From the human T2T-CHM13v2.0 reference genome, Homo sapiens, in assembly GCF_009914755.1 (NCBI RefSeq), contig NC_060948.1: DNA of 64,000 nucleotides; one strand, given 5' to 3'. Under the pieces are notes generated by a model. The model had not been told where the DNA came from. It saw only the letters and a program-made list of their open reading frames with translations, and made no database searches. Below, piece by piece: positions 14,094 to 29,587 of this stretch. Positions within the stretch are counted from its first letter, which is position 1; each line of letters begins with the position of its first letter. The translations under genes were made by a program, and so were the position numbers.

Positions 14094-17000
14094 CCTAGGT
14101 GCTAATCCAAGTGATATGTTACAATGTTTCCTGTTGACACAACCCAACCTGGGTGAAGTGAAGAGCTACATGTCAAAATGCGTTGTAAATGCAGGGCCAA
14201 AGAACTAGAAGGGAGTCACATCACTTATGTGAAGGACCTAAATATAAGACGCAATTCTTTTTGTAGGCAGGTTTCAGGATGATAATTCACATCACCTGGC
14301 TGATGGTCCCAGTGATCCCCAATCCCACTTAAATATTTTGTTACAATAGGGGAGTCACAGCACCACAGGTGTGCTGAATTCTGGTTCAAGTGTTACCAAA
14401 CCACCTGTGCATGTGATCCATGTATGAGAGTAATTATTTCAACCTTCGACTGCTTTATATGTGTGAGATTTAGTACCTTATTCCCAGGCCATGTTCATGT
14501 GTGAGAATGACAAATGTGTCAGCTAGGCGTTCATAAAAGAGTTCCATTCTCACCTTATTGCTGGTGTCTGTTATGACACTCTTTGTATCATGAATGCTTT
14601 TTATAATACAACTGAGTATTATAATCATTTGTGAACTTTATATAAGTGAAAAACACAGGACTTTACTCATGGCGATGAGAGTGACTATGACAGTAAAAAT
14701 ACATCTGCTGGCTGGGTTCAGGTATGAGAGTTATTATGGTGCATGTTTGCTTAAACCAGGTATATGTCACAGGTTCACCTGTGAGCAGGGCCAAGGCAGG
14801 AGAAGCACATCACTTGGGTGCTGAGCCAGTGATAGAGTATAATCTAATTTTGAGGCTGGACCTAGTCAGAAGAGTCACATTACCTGGGTGCAGCTTCAAA
14901 TAGTATGTCACCAAGACCACTATAGAAAGGGAAGAAGAAAGAGAAAAGAGTCACTCAATCTATTTACTGGGCTCTGCAATATGTAATAAAGCCCACTTTT
15001 GGCAGAGTCTAGAATATGAAGGAGAGTCATATAACCTAGATTTTTCAATAATCAGTATGTCACCATTTCCTTAGTTAGCAGGACGCAGATAGGAGATGAG
15101 AGTCACATTACCTAGGTGTTGTCAAACAATATTTAACAATGTTGTCTGAGGGCAGGGAACTGGCATTGGATATAAATTACCTAGCTTACAGGGCCAGAGA
15201 TAAGTGACAATATTCCCCATTGGCAGGGTCCAGGTGGAAGAGTCACATTATTATGACTCTAAGCCAGCGTTATGTCACAATGTACCCATGGGAGGGAATT
15301 TAAGCTAAAAATTCTCAACACCTGGGTATTAGGCTTAGGAGTATGACAAATCTTCTTATCTTTGGAGGCGACACTATTAACTGTGAACTTGGTGTGTATA
15401 TGAAAGTCACAATTTCACATGTTTTCTGGGCCATTGTATGACACTCTACAACATTTGAAGGCTTTATACAGCATTCATGAGAGTTGCAAACCACTGAAAC
15501 CTACAAGCTTGTATGCATTCACAATCTTAAATATTGCCTTAATCCTAGGCTTAATAGTCAACATCTCTTCTGTAAGCTGTATTTGGAATAATACTCATTA
15601 TTATGCCTGTGAGCTGGATTCAGAAATGAGTCACAATCCCATCTGTGGCCAGATCCACATATGAATGTCACAATTACAGGTTTGTACTTTACTCATTTAT
15701 TAGACTAGGACCTGAACAGTGTGGTTATGTTATGTGGGATGGGGAGAACATTTGCTTTCATCTGGGAGTGTAATTGAGAGTCCCAATCATAACTTTTTGC
15801 AGCTGCCCATCATGAAACCCTCTGTACAACACTAGGAGGTTATACATTATGAGTTAGTATTGTAAAGTTTTGTGAGCTTGGTACAAATATGCAACTCAGG
15901 ACCTTATCTATTCAATTAAGCCTAGAGATGAAAGGCAGCATATCTTCTATTGTCTGAATTTCACTACAAGTTTGACAATCATACTTTAAACAGAAGTAAG
16001 GCATATGCCATATTCCCATTTGAGGGCAAAAAACTAAGTAGGAGGGCAACATCACTTAGCAGCTGTGTTAAACAACATGTGAAAATACCCACCCTGGGAA
16101 GAGCATAGGAATTAGAGTCACATTAAATGGGTGCTAGACTCAGCAATATGAACCATCCAACATGTGGAAAAACAAAAACAAAAACAACAAACAACAACAA
16201 CAACAAAACAGCCAAGGGATGAGAGCCAAAACACCTACATAATTGGCCCACAATCTGTCAAAATACCTTCTGTTGCTTTGGCACAGGCATGAGAGTCACA
16301 CTATCAGGATGCTGGGCACAGCAATATGTCATAATTCTTTCTGTATGCTGGACCAGGAAAAAGAGTATCATTAACTGGGTGCTGGCCTCTGCCATAGGTC
16401 AAAATTTCTGTTTGTGAGCAAGGTTTGAGGAAAAAAAACAAGAGTCATATAACCTGAGTGTTGGTATCAGTAATATGTCACAATTCCCCCAATGTAAAGA
16501 CCAGGCAGAAGAAGAGAGCCATTTCATGTAGGTCGTGGGCTCAGAGCTATATCTCAGTGTCCCTCCTAGGCATGTACGAAGTAGAAAATGAGTCCCATAT
16601 CACCTAGGTGCTTCCCTAGTTATATCACTTGGGTACAGCCTCAAGTAATGTGTCAGCATGCCAAATGTAGATGGGTTAAAGAAAAAAAGAGAATCACACA
16701 ATCTGGTTTCTGGGCTCAGCAATATTTAATCATTCTCTCTCTTGGCAGAGTTCAAGACGAATAGGAGAGACAGGTCACCTAGGTTTTGCACTCAAATAAT
16801 ATGTTACAATGGACATACGTGAAAATTCCTGTTTCCAGAGCCCAGGCAGAAGACACACATTATCATGATTTTGACCCATAATGCTCTTATGGAGAGGAAT
16901 TTAAACAAAAAAGACTCAACACCGGGATACTAGGCCAAGGGATATGACACAATCTCCTCATCTTTAAGGGTGACATCATTAACGTTAGATAGTTGTGTAT

Positions 17001-18900
17001 ATGAGCATCACAATCTCATGTGTGTGCTGACCATAGTATGACACTCCCTACAACATCTGAGAATTTTATACAAGAGGCATGAGAGTAGCAAAACTCTGAG
17101 GCCTATATGGTTATATGAACTCACCATCTTACATATTGCCCTAAACCCAGGTATGACAGTCAACATCTCTCCTATAGGCTGGCTTCAGGGATGAGACCAT
17201 TATTATGCCTGTGAGCTGGGTCCAGAAATGGGTCACCATCACACCTGTGGCCAGATTCATTTCTGAAATTCACAATTCCAACTTTGTGCTTTATTCACTT
17301 GTTAGACTCATGACCTCATCAGTGGGCCTTGTAAATGTAGAATAGTAACAACTTTTACTTTCACCTTAGTTTGTAGTCTAGAGTCATAATCTTAACTTTT
17401 TGCTGGGTTCTGTTATAAAACACTCTGTTCCACCCAAGAAGTTTGTATGATGTGAGTTGGTGTTGTAAACTTCTGTGAGATTTGTACACATTTGCAGTGA
17501 AGAACCTTACCTATTGACATAATCCTAGGGGTGAGAGGCATCCTATCTCCTATTGGTTGAATCCCAATATAAGCTTGATCATTAGGTTTTGAACTGAAGC
17601 AAGGTATATGTCACAATCCCATTTCTGGGCAAAAAAGTAGGCCGAAGGTTAACATCACTTTAAGTGTTCTGCCAAGCCATATATCACAATGCCCTCTCTA
17701 GGCAGAGCCTAAAAATGAGGCTGACATTAACTGTCAGTTTAAGCCAGAAATTTTATACAACCACAAGTGGAAGAATCCTAGCAATATGATGAGAGCCAAA
17801 GTACTTACAGAATGGGACAAAGATATGTCAAAATATCTTCTATGGTTCTGGCAAAGAAAGGAGAGTCTCATGATTAGTGTGCTAGGCCCAGCAATATGCC
17901 ATAATTTCCTCTTTATAAATGACCTAGGCAGAAGAGTAACATCATCTGGGTGCTGGGCCTTGAAATACAGTAAGTGTCCTGTTTGTGGGCATTGTTCAGC
18001 AAGAAGACATAAGTCATATTACCTAAGTGCTGGGCTCATCAACATGTCACAATATTCCCATTGTAAAGGCCCAGAAAGAAGTCATGTCACTTAGGTTATG
18101 GGCTCAGAGATATGGCCCAATGTAACCAGCAGGCATGGCTCAGGCAGAAAAAGACAGTCATATTCCCTAGGTGCTTCTTTAGGTATATGTTGCAATTTAA
18201 TATGTTGGCACAACCCAGGTAGAAAAGCAAAATCACTTTGTCCTGGGTCATGAGATATTCTTAAGTCACCCTTAGAGAAGGACCTAGACAAGAGAGTAAC
18301 ATCACCTAGATGCAGGTTTCACCCTTATGCCACAATGATACATGTGGGCAGAACCAAGCAGGAAGTCACATCAACTAAGTGATAGGCCCAGAGATATGTT
18401 CCAAAGCCCTCCTTAAAGCATGGCCCTGACAAAAGAGTACCATCACTTTTGTGCCTTGCCTAGCAATATGTCACTATTCAAGTCAGCAGGTCCCAAGCAG
18501 AAGAGCCATATCACCTACATGATATGTTCTGTGATATGTAAAAATGCCCTTTTTTGAGCATGGCCCTTGCAAAAGAGTATCATCACCTGTGTGCCTGGCC
18601 TAGAAATATGTCTCTGTTCTTCCCTGTGCTGCAGGACCGCTTCCAGAGAGGAGAGTTATGTCTTCTAGATGATGGACACAGTCATATATCACAATGATGT
18701 CTGTGGGCATGGTGTAGGCAAGAATGTAACATCACCTAGGTGCTGGATCCAGTGATGTCACCATTCTTGCTAAGCATGATCCAGGCAGAAGAGTCACATC
18801 ATTTCAAGGTTGACCCATGTAGATATCAAAATCCCATATATAGTCTAGATCCAGTCTGAAGAATGAAATCATGCAGGTGCTTGCCATAGATTTATATCAC

Positions 18901-18940
18901 AAAGTTCTGGAATTATAGGCATTAGCCACTGTGCCCGGCC
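18901..18940 (-). mobile_element. Alu 5'-end remnant (40 bp)
   Basis: aaagttctggaattataggcattagccactgtgcccggcc is the reverse complement of the first 40 nt of Alu. Confidence 0.85.
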
Positions 18941-19989
18941 TTTGAGTACAACTTTGTGTGAGATTTAGTACTTTATTTGTACCTGTTCTTGTGAGAGAAT
19001 AAAAATGAGGTCAGCTGGGTGTGCAACCAAGAGTCACAATTGCATCTGGTTGCTGCTGTTCCCTGTTATGACACTCTTTGTATTACTCAGGATTTATATG
19101 ATATGCCTGAGTTTCATAATCCTCTGTGAAATTCATGCAATTATGAGACCAATTACTTTACTTATTGCTGTAAGACTGACTATGAGATCCAAAATATCTC
19201 TCCCTTCTGGATCCAGGTATGAGAGTTATATTAGTGCATGTGAGTTGAACCTAGGTATATGTCACAATTTCACCTGTGGGCAGAAACAAGGCAGGAGGGT
19301 CTCATCCCCTAGATTCTGAGCTCAGGATGCATTATAATCTTCTTTGCAGCCAGGGCAAGTCAGAAGTGTTATATCACCTGGGTAAAGCCCCAAATAATAT
19401 GACACCATGTTCCCTGTAGACAGGGTGTGAAGAAAAAGAGGAGAGTCACACCACCTTGGTGCTGGGCTTGGCAATATGTAATAATCTCCTTTTTTTGCAG
19501 ACTCCATAATAAAAGGAAGAGTTGCATTACCTAGGTTTTGCACTCAGCATCATGTTGCATTACTTAATGCAACATAATGCACTCAGCATTATGTCAGTAC
19601 CATAATGCACTCAGCATTATGTCATGATTAGTTTAGTAGGCAGGACCCTGTGATCAGGGCCTAGAAAAGACAATCAAATAATTCATGGGCTGGGCAAAGG
19701 CTGTTGTCTTAATTACACTCTCAGTAATATTTGGAAATAAGTCTCACATCCCACACAAGTCCTGGTTTTGTACATGTGAGTCAAATCTTTCTATGAGTTT
19801 TTGTATATGTGAGTATATGAGTTTTGGTATATGTGAGTCAACTCTTTCTATGAGTTGGGTCAAAGTAGTCGAGTCACAATCTCAACAATGGGTAAGATTT
19901 ATGTGTAAGAACTCCAATCGCACTTGAAGATTGTGTTTCAGTAGGGGAATTACAGCATGACAGGTGTGCTGAATCATGATTTAAATATT

Positions 19990-20262
19990 GCTCACTCCTT
20001 CAATCCCGACACTTTGGGAGGCCAAGACAGGAGGATCACTTGAAGCCAAGATTTTAAGACCACCCTGGGTAACATAGCAAGACCCTATCTCTACAAAAAA
20101 TTGAAAAATTATCCAGGCATGGTGGTGCATGCCTGTTGTCCTAGCTACTCAAGAGGCTGCAGAGGGAGGATCGCTTGAGCCCAGGAGTTTGAGGTTACAG
20201 TGAGCTGTGATTGTCCCACTGCACTTCAGCATGGGCAACAGAGTGAGACTTGTCTCTGAAAC
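19990..20262 (+). mobile_element. AluJ-type element, slightly 5'-truncated, part of a larger insert ending at ~20506
   Basis: AluJ diagnostics ggaggatcacttga, gggaggatcgcttgagcccaggagtttgagg and agcaagaccct. Confidence 0.9.
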
Positions 20263-21464
20263 AAACCAATACTAAATTAAATAAAACATAAGCACAAATA
20301 CACACTCACACACATACAAGAGTATATATATATCCTAAAGTTTATTCCACAGTAACCATAGTAATATATAGAGATTTTTCTAATTCTTTTTACAGCTGCA
20401 TAATAATCGGTTGTGTTAATCTTCATAGTTTATTTAACTATTCTGTGTTATTGAATATTTGGATTATTTGCAATCCACTTGCTATTAAAAACGGTGGTTC
20501 AATAAAAAAAATTACCAAAGCACCTGTGAATCTGATCTATGTATGAGAGTAATTATTTCAACCTTTGACTATTTTATATGTCAGATATAGTACCTCATTC
20601 CTAGACCCTGTTCAAGTTTGAGAATGACAATCATGTCAGATAGGTGTGCATACAAGAGTCACATTCTCAACTGGTTGCTGGTCTCTGTTATGACACTTTG
20701 TACCACTAAGTGTTTATGTGATAGGCCTGAGGGCTATAATCCTTTATGACCCTTATACAAGTGAAAAATCCAGGACTTTACCCATGACCATAAGACTGGC
20801 TGAGAGTCAAAATATCTCTACTGGCTGGGTCCAGGTGTGACAGATATTATTATAAATGTGTATTTAACTCCGGTATATGTCACAATTTCACCTGTGAGCA
20901 GGGACAAGGCAGGAGAGTCACATTACCTGAGTGCTGAGCCAGTGATACACTATGATATCATTTGCAGCCTGGTCTTATTCAGAAAGGTCATATCACCTAG
21001 GTAAAGCCTTAAATAGTACGTCACCAAGCCCATGACAGACAGGGAAGAAGAAAAAAAGGAGAGTCACTCCACTAAGGTGCTGGGATCTTCAATATGTAAT
21101 AATTCCCTCTCTTGGCAGAATCTAGAATATGAAGAAGAGCCACATCACCTAGGTTTTGCAATCAGTAGTATGTCATAATTTCTTTTGTCGTCAGGACCCA
21201 GGCAAGACATGAGAGTCACATGACCTAGATTAGTTAGCCAAATGATATTTCAGAATATCCTCTGGGGGCAGAGGCAGGAGAGAAAAATTGCCTAGCTTAC
21301 AGGCCAAAAGATATGTCATAATATTCCCCATTGTCAGGGTCCAGGCAGAAGAGTCATATTATTATGATTCTAACCTGGAGATATGTCACAGTTCATCTGT
21401 ATGTAGGAATTTATGCCAAAACATCTCAACACCTTGGTAGTAGGCCTACATCTCCTAGACGAGT

Positions 21465-21892
21465 CAGCTGCTCCCACAGAATCCTCACACGACCACCCCA
21501 ACCTCTCACCCTCAATAATTATCTTTCTATGCTATTAAAATTAATTGTGACCACCACCCCATCATACTCAAATATTCATTGGACCAATGCCAACTCTCTT
21601 AATAATTCTAATAATAAAGACCCTCAAATATCAGTAGTTGACCCTCATGTTTCAGGATATTCCTTAATAGTGATAGCCACAGTATAACCAAAAACAACCA
21701 TCATATCACCTAAATAAATAAAAAAAAGACTATTGACCCTATGAAACCCCCAAGAAAATTCAACACAATTCCACAACACACAGCATCACTAATAATTAAC
21801 TCTAGGCCTCCATAAATAGAAGAAAGTTTTGAAGAAAAACCTACAAACCTTACAGCCAAGGGAATACTTAATAAAAATAAAGCATATTACAT
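21465..21892 (-). pseudogene. MT-ND6: NUMT ND6 pseudogene (3' end missing)
   Basis: Matches the mtDNA ND6 region (accaccaccccatcatactc, tcaggatattccttaatag). Start codon CAT at 21890-21892 abuts tRNA-Glu. Confidence 0.9.
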
Positions 21893-21960
21893 TATTCTCA
21901 CATGGACTATAACTATGACTAATGATATGAAAACCATCGTTGTACTTCAACTATAAGAAC
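21893..21960 (-). pseudogene. MT-TE: NUMT tRNA-Glu pseudogene
   Basis: tattctcacatggact...tatgaaaaccatcgttgtacttcaactataagaac, positioned between ND6 and CYTB. Confidence 0.88.
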
Positions 21961-21964
21961 ATTA

Positions 21965-23082
21965 ATGACCAATACTCACAAAACACATTGCTAATAAAAT
22001 TATTAACTACTAATTCATTGATCTTTCCACACCATCTAACATTTCTACATGATGAAACTTTGGATCACTTCTTGGTGGCTGCCTAATTCTCCAGATCCTC
22101 ACAGGATTATTCTTGGCCCTGCACTATACTTCAGACACCTCAACTGCATTTCCTTCAGTTGCTCATATCAGCCAAGATGTAAACTGCAGTTGAATGGTTT
22201 GTTATTTTCAGGACAATGGCCCTTCAATATTTTTCATCTGCTTCTTCTTATGTGTTGACCAAGGCTTATATTACAAATCATTTCTATTCCTGGAAACCTG
22301 AAATATTGGCATTATCCTCCTATTCACAACTATAGCATCAGCATTCATAGGCTACATGCTCCCATGGGACAAATATCATTTTGAGGCACTACAGTAATTA
22401 CAAATCTGCTATCAGCCATACAATATATTGGAACTGACCTGGTACAATGAATCTGAGGCAGATTCTCAGTGAACAAGGCCACCCTCAAACAACTATTCAG
22501 ATTCAATTTCATCTTACTTTTCAACCCTACAGCTCTAGCAACGATTCACCTTTTATTCTTGCATGAGAGAGGATTTTTAGGAGTTTCATCAGACCCAGAC
22601 AAAATCATGCTCCACCCCTACTATAAAACCAAAGATATCTAGGTTTAATTTTTCTTCTCCTTCTAATAACTCTAGTACTGTTTTCACCAGACCTCCTTAA
22701 CAACCCAGATAATTAGAGTTTAGCCAACCCCCTCAATACTCCACCCCACATTAACCAATACCTTTTTTTGGTGTACCCAATCTTACTACCTATCCCTAAC
22801 AACCTAGGAAGTGTACTGGCCCTCATATCATCCACTCTCATTCTAGCAGTTATTTCTGTACTTCACAAGTCTAAGCAACAAGGCATCATATGCCAGCCAT
22901 TAAATCAATGCATATTCTGAATCCTAGTGGCTGTTCTGTTTACATTCACATGAATCGGAGGGAAGCCATCAAATACCCTTTTATTGACATCAGACAGACA
23001 GCATCTATCATGTACTTCTCTACCATCCTCACCCTTATGCTGCTCACTACCCTAATTGAAAATAAATTACTTAAATGAAAAT
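21965..23082 (+). pseudogene. MT-CYB: NUMT cytochrome b pseudogene
   Basis: ATG at 21965 with a frameshift giving TAA at 21992-21994. Recognisable blocks tgatgaaactttggatcactt, gaaacctgaaatattggc and LIENKLLK at the end. Confidence 0.95.
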
Positions 23083-23149
23083 TCTCTTGTAGTATAATTC
23101 AATACTCTGATCTTCTAAACCAGAAATGGAGAATCCCCTCTACAGGACA
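23083..23149 (+). pseudogene. MT-TT: NUMT tRNA-Thr pseudogene
   Basis: ctcttgtagtataa...tcttctaaaccagaaatggag...aggaca, immediately after CYTB. Confidence 0.85.
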
Positions 23150-23151
23150 AC

Positions 23152-23218
23152 TCAAGAAAAAAGCATTTCTACTTCACCGTCAACTCCCAAAGCTGAAATT
23201 CTAATTAAATTATCCCTG
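23152..23218 (-). pseudogene. MT-TP: NUMT tRNA-Pro pseudogene
   Basis: tcaagaaaaaagc...caactcccaaagctgaaattctaattaaattatccctg. Confidence 0.85.
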
Positions 23219-24532
23219 AATTTTTTTACAGCACACACTTTAACTACTATGTCAGTATTAATCAACTAACACTAATACATTAGTGCTTTTATGTATTTTG
23301 TACATTACTGCTATCCCCATGAATAGTATGTATTACTATAATTGTTTATTCATACTTTCATACATGCAGATACATTACAAATCTGCTCCACATACATATA
23401 AGCATGTATTAACCTTCCCTTAATCAACTATGCTATATCTACTATTATTGACAGTACAATACAAATCTAATTTATATGAATATTGACCTATATTAGATAT
23501 CCTTAATATGACATAGTGCCTACATTTATTTTTCAGACATAACACATTTCTGTCAAGAAATCTCTTGTCAACATGGATATCCTCTACCAAATCCTGATCT
23601 CTTAATCTACCAACTTCTGTGAAATCACCATCCTAATTGGGAGTACTACCCACCTCATTCTGGGCCCTTAACACATGTGGCTGACTATTTTGAAAGTATA
23701 ACTGGCAACTGGTTCTTACTTCAGGACCATGAAACTAAGATCACTCACATGTTCCCCTTAAATAAGACATATTGATAGACTAAAGGCTACCACCATATTA
23801 ACCAGTAATGGGAGCACTATCATGCATTTGATATTTTTAACTTTGGAGGCTGCTGTCACTCACCATCAAGGAAAGCCTAGTCTCCTCTGAATCTGCTGTA
23901 CATGAATTCAGATTTAATTCCTGCCAAATCAATGGTAGAAACTGAGCTCGTATTGAATATTCTGGGCTGGCACAGGAACCATAGCTGTTAATTAATTCTT
24001 GCTTAAAAGACATAACAATTAGTCATTAGGCACGTATGTTCATGAAGGTATGCTCACTTTCAAGAACTACTTCTGATTAAATCCACAAACTCCTCCTCCC
24101 CTCATCACTGACTTTACCATCAACCAAGGTAAATTTATCTTTGCCAAATTCCAAAAACAAGAGACTAAACTGGAACACAGCTAGAACTCAAAAATCATAT
24201 TTTAACCATGAATACCCCAACTTCTACCCCAGGATTGAGGAAATTTTCCTAAAAATCTTAAGACCCAACAAATCAAGCCTCCATTTTATATAATGAATAT
24301 AATAACTAAACTTCCATCTTAACACTAATATAATAACCTGAGCATATCTCTCTAAAAGCGCCACCCCATGTATTATACCTTAAATCAATTATATTCTAAT
24401 TATGAGTAATCCTCTCAACTCAATCTCTGCCAATTCAACTTCAAAGGCCGTGAATTCTCAGAAGTGTAAATGACTACTTATATTTACTTCTCTCCTTCTC
24501 ATATTCTAATTTTAGACTTAAGTATCTATACA
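23219..24532 (+). other. NUMT mitochondrial control region (D-loop) relic
   Basis: TAS-like gtacattactgc, central domain ctggttcttacttcagg and ttccccttaaataagacat, CSB1-like ttaattaattcttgcttaaaagacataac, and CSB3-like tgccaaattccaaaaacaa. Confidence 0.9.
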
Positions 24533-24604
24533 GTTAACATAGCTTTATTATTTCAAAGCAAGACACTGAAAATGTCTAGATGGGTCTAGACAATCCCATA
24601 AACA
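24533..24604 (+). pseudogene. MT-TF: NUMT tRNA-Phe pseudogene
   Basis: gttaacatagcttt...aaagcaagacactgaaaatgtctagatggg...cccataaaca. Confidence 0.88.
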
Positions 24605-25123
24605 AACAGATTTAGTCCAGGCCTTTCTATTAGATCCTAGTAAGATTACACAAGCAAGCATCCCTGAGCCGGTGAAAATGCCTTATAGATCACCCGGATC
24701 AAAAGGAGTAAGAATCAAGGATGCACAAATGCAGCTCAAAACACTTTGCTCAATCACAACCCTGTGGGAAACAGCAGTGATAAATATTTAGTAATAAATG
24801 AATATTTAACTAAGCTATGCTGATATCCAGGGCTGGTCAGTTTCATGCCAGCCACCATGGCCATACGATTAACCCAAGCTAATGGAACACTGCATAAAGA
24901 GTGTGTAAGTTCTGCTCTCACTAAGGCTAAACTCCATCTAAGTTGTAAAAAACTCCAGCTGAAAAACAATATACTATGAAGGTGGTTTTATTATCCTGAA
25001 GGCACAATAGCCAAGACCCAAACAGGAATTAGATAACACACTATGCTCAGCCCTAAACTCTAATAGTTACATTAACAAAACCACCAGAATACTACAAGCA
25101 ACAGCTTAAAATTTAAAGGACTT

Positions 25124-27448
<2,325 letters not shown>

Positions 27449-27892
27449 TTAAAGGACTCAGCGGTGCTTTATATCCCTCTAGAGGAGCCTGTTTTTTAAT
27501 CAATAAAACCTGATATACCTCACCACTTCTTGCCCCCAACCTATATATCCCCCTCTTTAGAAAACCCTAAAATGGTTATAGAGTAAGCACAAGCATACCC
27601 ACAAAAATGTTAGATCAAGGTGTAGCTCCTGAGCTGGCAAGAAGTGGACTACATTTTCTGTACCCAGAATATCTCATAACAACTTCTATGAATTCTAAGG
27701 GCTCAAGGAGAATTTAGCAGTAAACCAAGAGCAGAGTGCTTGGTTGAATAAGGCCATGAAGCATGCATATACCACCTGTCACCCTCCTCAAATATTATTC
27801 TAGAAATTACTATTACTGAAAATTCTCCATGCACTTATAAAGGAGCTCCATGACAAAATGGTAAGCATACTGAAAAGTGTGCTTGGACAAAC

Positions 27893-27961
27893 AAAAGTGT
27901 AGTTTAACCCAAAGCATCTGGCTTACTCCCAGAAGATGTCATCACAACCTGATCACATTGA
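27893..27961 (+). pseudogene. MT-TV: NUMT tRNA-Val pseudogene
   Basis: aaagtgtagtttaacccaaagcatctggcttac...cagaagat, between 12S and 16S. Confidence 0.85.
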
Positions 27962-29511
27962 GCCAGCTCTAGTCCCAAACCTCTCTAAAAATATAATAAA
28001 CTATCTTAATCATACTATTTATCTTAGACAAAAGTATAGGTGATAAATTTTTTTACCCTGGTGCAATAGACATAGTACCATAAGGAAAAGATGAAAAAAC
28101 TGAATAAAGCATTAGAAGGCAAAAACAAACCCTTTTATATTCTGAATAATGTATTGACTAGAAATAACTTTACACAGAGAACCATAGCCAAGTCCCCCAA
28201 ACCGGACTAGCTACTCAAGAACAGCTAAAAGAGCACAGAGTAGGAAGATTCATGAGTAGCAGTGACAAGCCTACTGAGACTGGTGATATCTGGTGGTCCA
28301 AGATAGAATCTTAGTTCAACTTATACTTACCCACAGAATTACTTAAACTCCCTGTAAGTTTAAATGTTATTCTAAAGAGGGACAGCTCTTTAGACCTTAG
28401 GAAACAACTTTCCTAGAGAAACTAAAAAATATTACCACCATAATTGGCCTCAAAGCAGCCCCGATTAGGAAAGCATTCAAGCTAAACATCCAATTACCTT
28501 AAATTCTAATCACCACACTAAACTTTAATATCACTTTGGACTAACTTATTACTTAATATAAGCAATAATGTTAATATAAGTAACATGAAAATATTCTTCT
28601 TTGGATAAGCTTATGTGAGACTGGAATAATTCACTGATAGTTAATAGCCCAATATTAATAATTGATATAATAAGCACCCTATTATTTATACTGTTAATCC
28701 AACACAGGTATGCTCTAAGGAATGATTAAAAAAACTAAAAGGAACTCAGCAAATCTTACTCTGGCTGTTTACCAAAAACTTCACCTCTAGCATTATCAGT
28801 ATTACAAACACTGCCTGTCCAGTGAAAAATGTTCAATGACCATGGTATCCTGAATGGACAAAGGTAGCATAGTTACTTGTTCCCTAAATAGGGACTTGTG
28901 TGAATGGCCATATGAGGGTTCATCTGTTTCTCACTTTTAATCAGTGAAATTGGTGACCTATCCATGAAGATGTGGATATAAACAAATAAGATGAGGAGAC
29001 CCTATGGAACTTTAATTCATTAATGTAAATAAAAACTCAAAAAATCCTCCAGACCCTAGTGTACTATCGCTGCATTAAAAATTTGGGTTATGGTGACCTT
29101 GGACCATAATTTAAACTTTGCACAACCTAAACTAAGACTGCACTAGTCTAAGAGAGTTGACACACATTGATCCAATAATTTCATCAATGAAATAAGTTAC
29201 CCTAGAGATAACAGCATAATCCTATTCTAGAGTTTATATCAAGAATAGGATTATGACCTATTGACCTTCATGTTTGATAAGGACATGCTAATGGTGTAGC
29301 CAGTATTAAGGATTCTTTTGTTCAGTGATTAAAGTCCTACATGATTTGAGTTCAGACCAGAGTAACCCAGGTCGGTTTCTATCTATTTAACTTTTCTCCT
29401 AGTATGAAAGGACAAGAGAAACAGGGCCCACTTCATAAAGCACCCTCACCCCACAGATGATGTTATCTTACTCTAATATATCACCATGCACCCTACCCAA
29501 GAGCAGGGTTT
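27962..29511 (+). pseudogene. MT-RNR2: NUMT 16S rRNA pseudogene
   Basis: aagatagaatcttagttcaac, ctgtttaccaaaaac, aagttaccctagagataacagc and gagttcagaccagagtaacccaggtcggtttctatcta. Confidence 0.95.
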
Positions 29512-29585
29512 GTTAAGATGGCAGAACCTGGCAGTTTCATAAAACTTAAAGTTTATAATCAGAGGTTCAACTCCTCTTCTTAACA
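29512..29585 (+). pseudogene. MT-TL1: NUMT tRNA-Leu(UUR) pseudogene
   Basis: gttaagatggcagaacctgg...cagaggttcaactcctcttcttaaca. Confidence 0.9.
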
Positions 29586-29587
29586 AC

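Larger units (their letters stand above)
10310..21450 (+). repeat. Degenerate beta-satellite (BSR-type) array, main block part 1
   Basis: Recurring agagtcacatcacctaggtg and atatgtcacaat motifs at ~70-bp spacing, interspersed with longer AT-rich modules. Confidence 0.88.
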
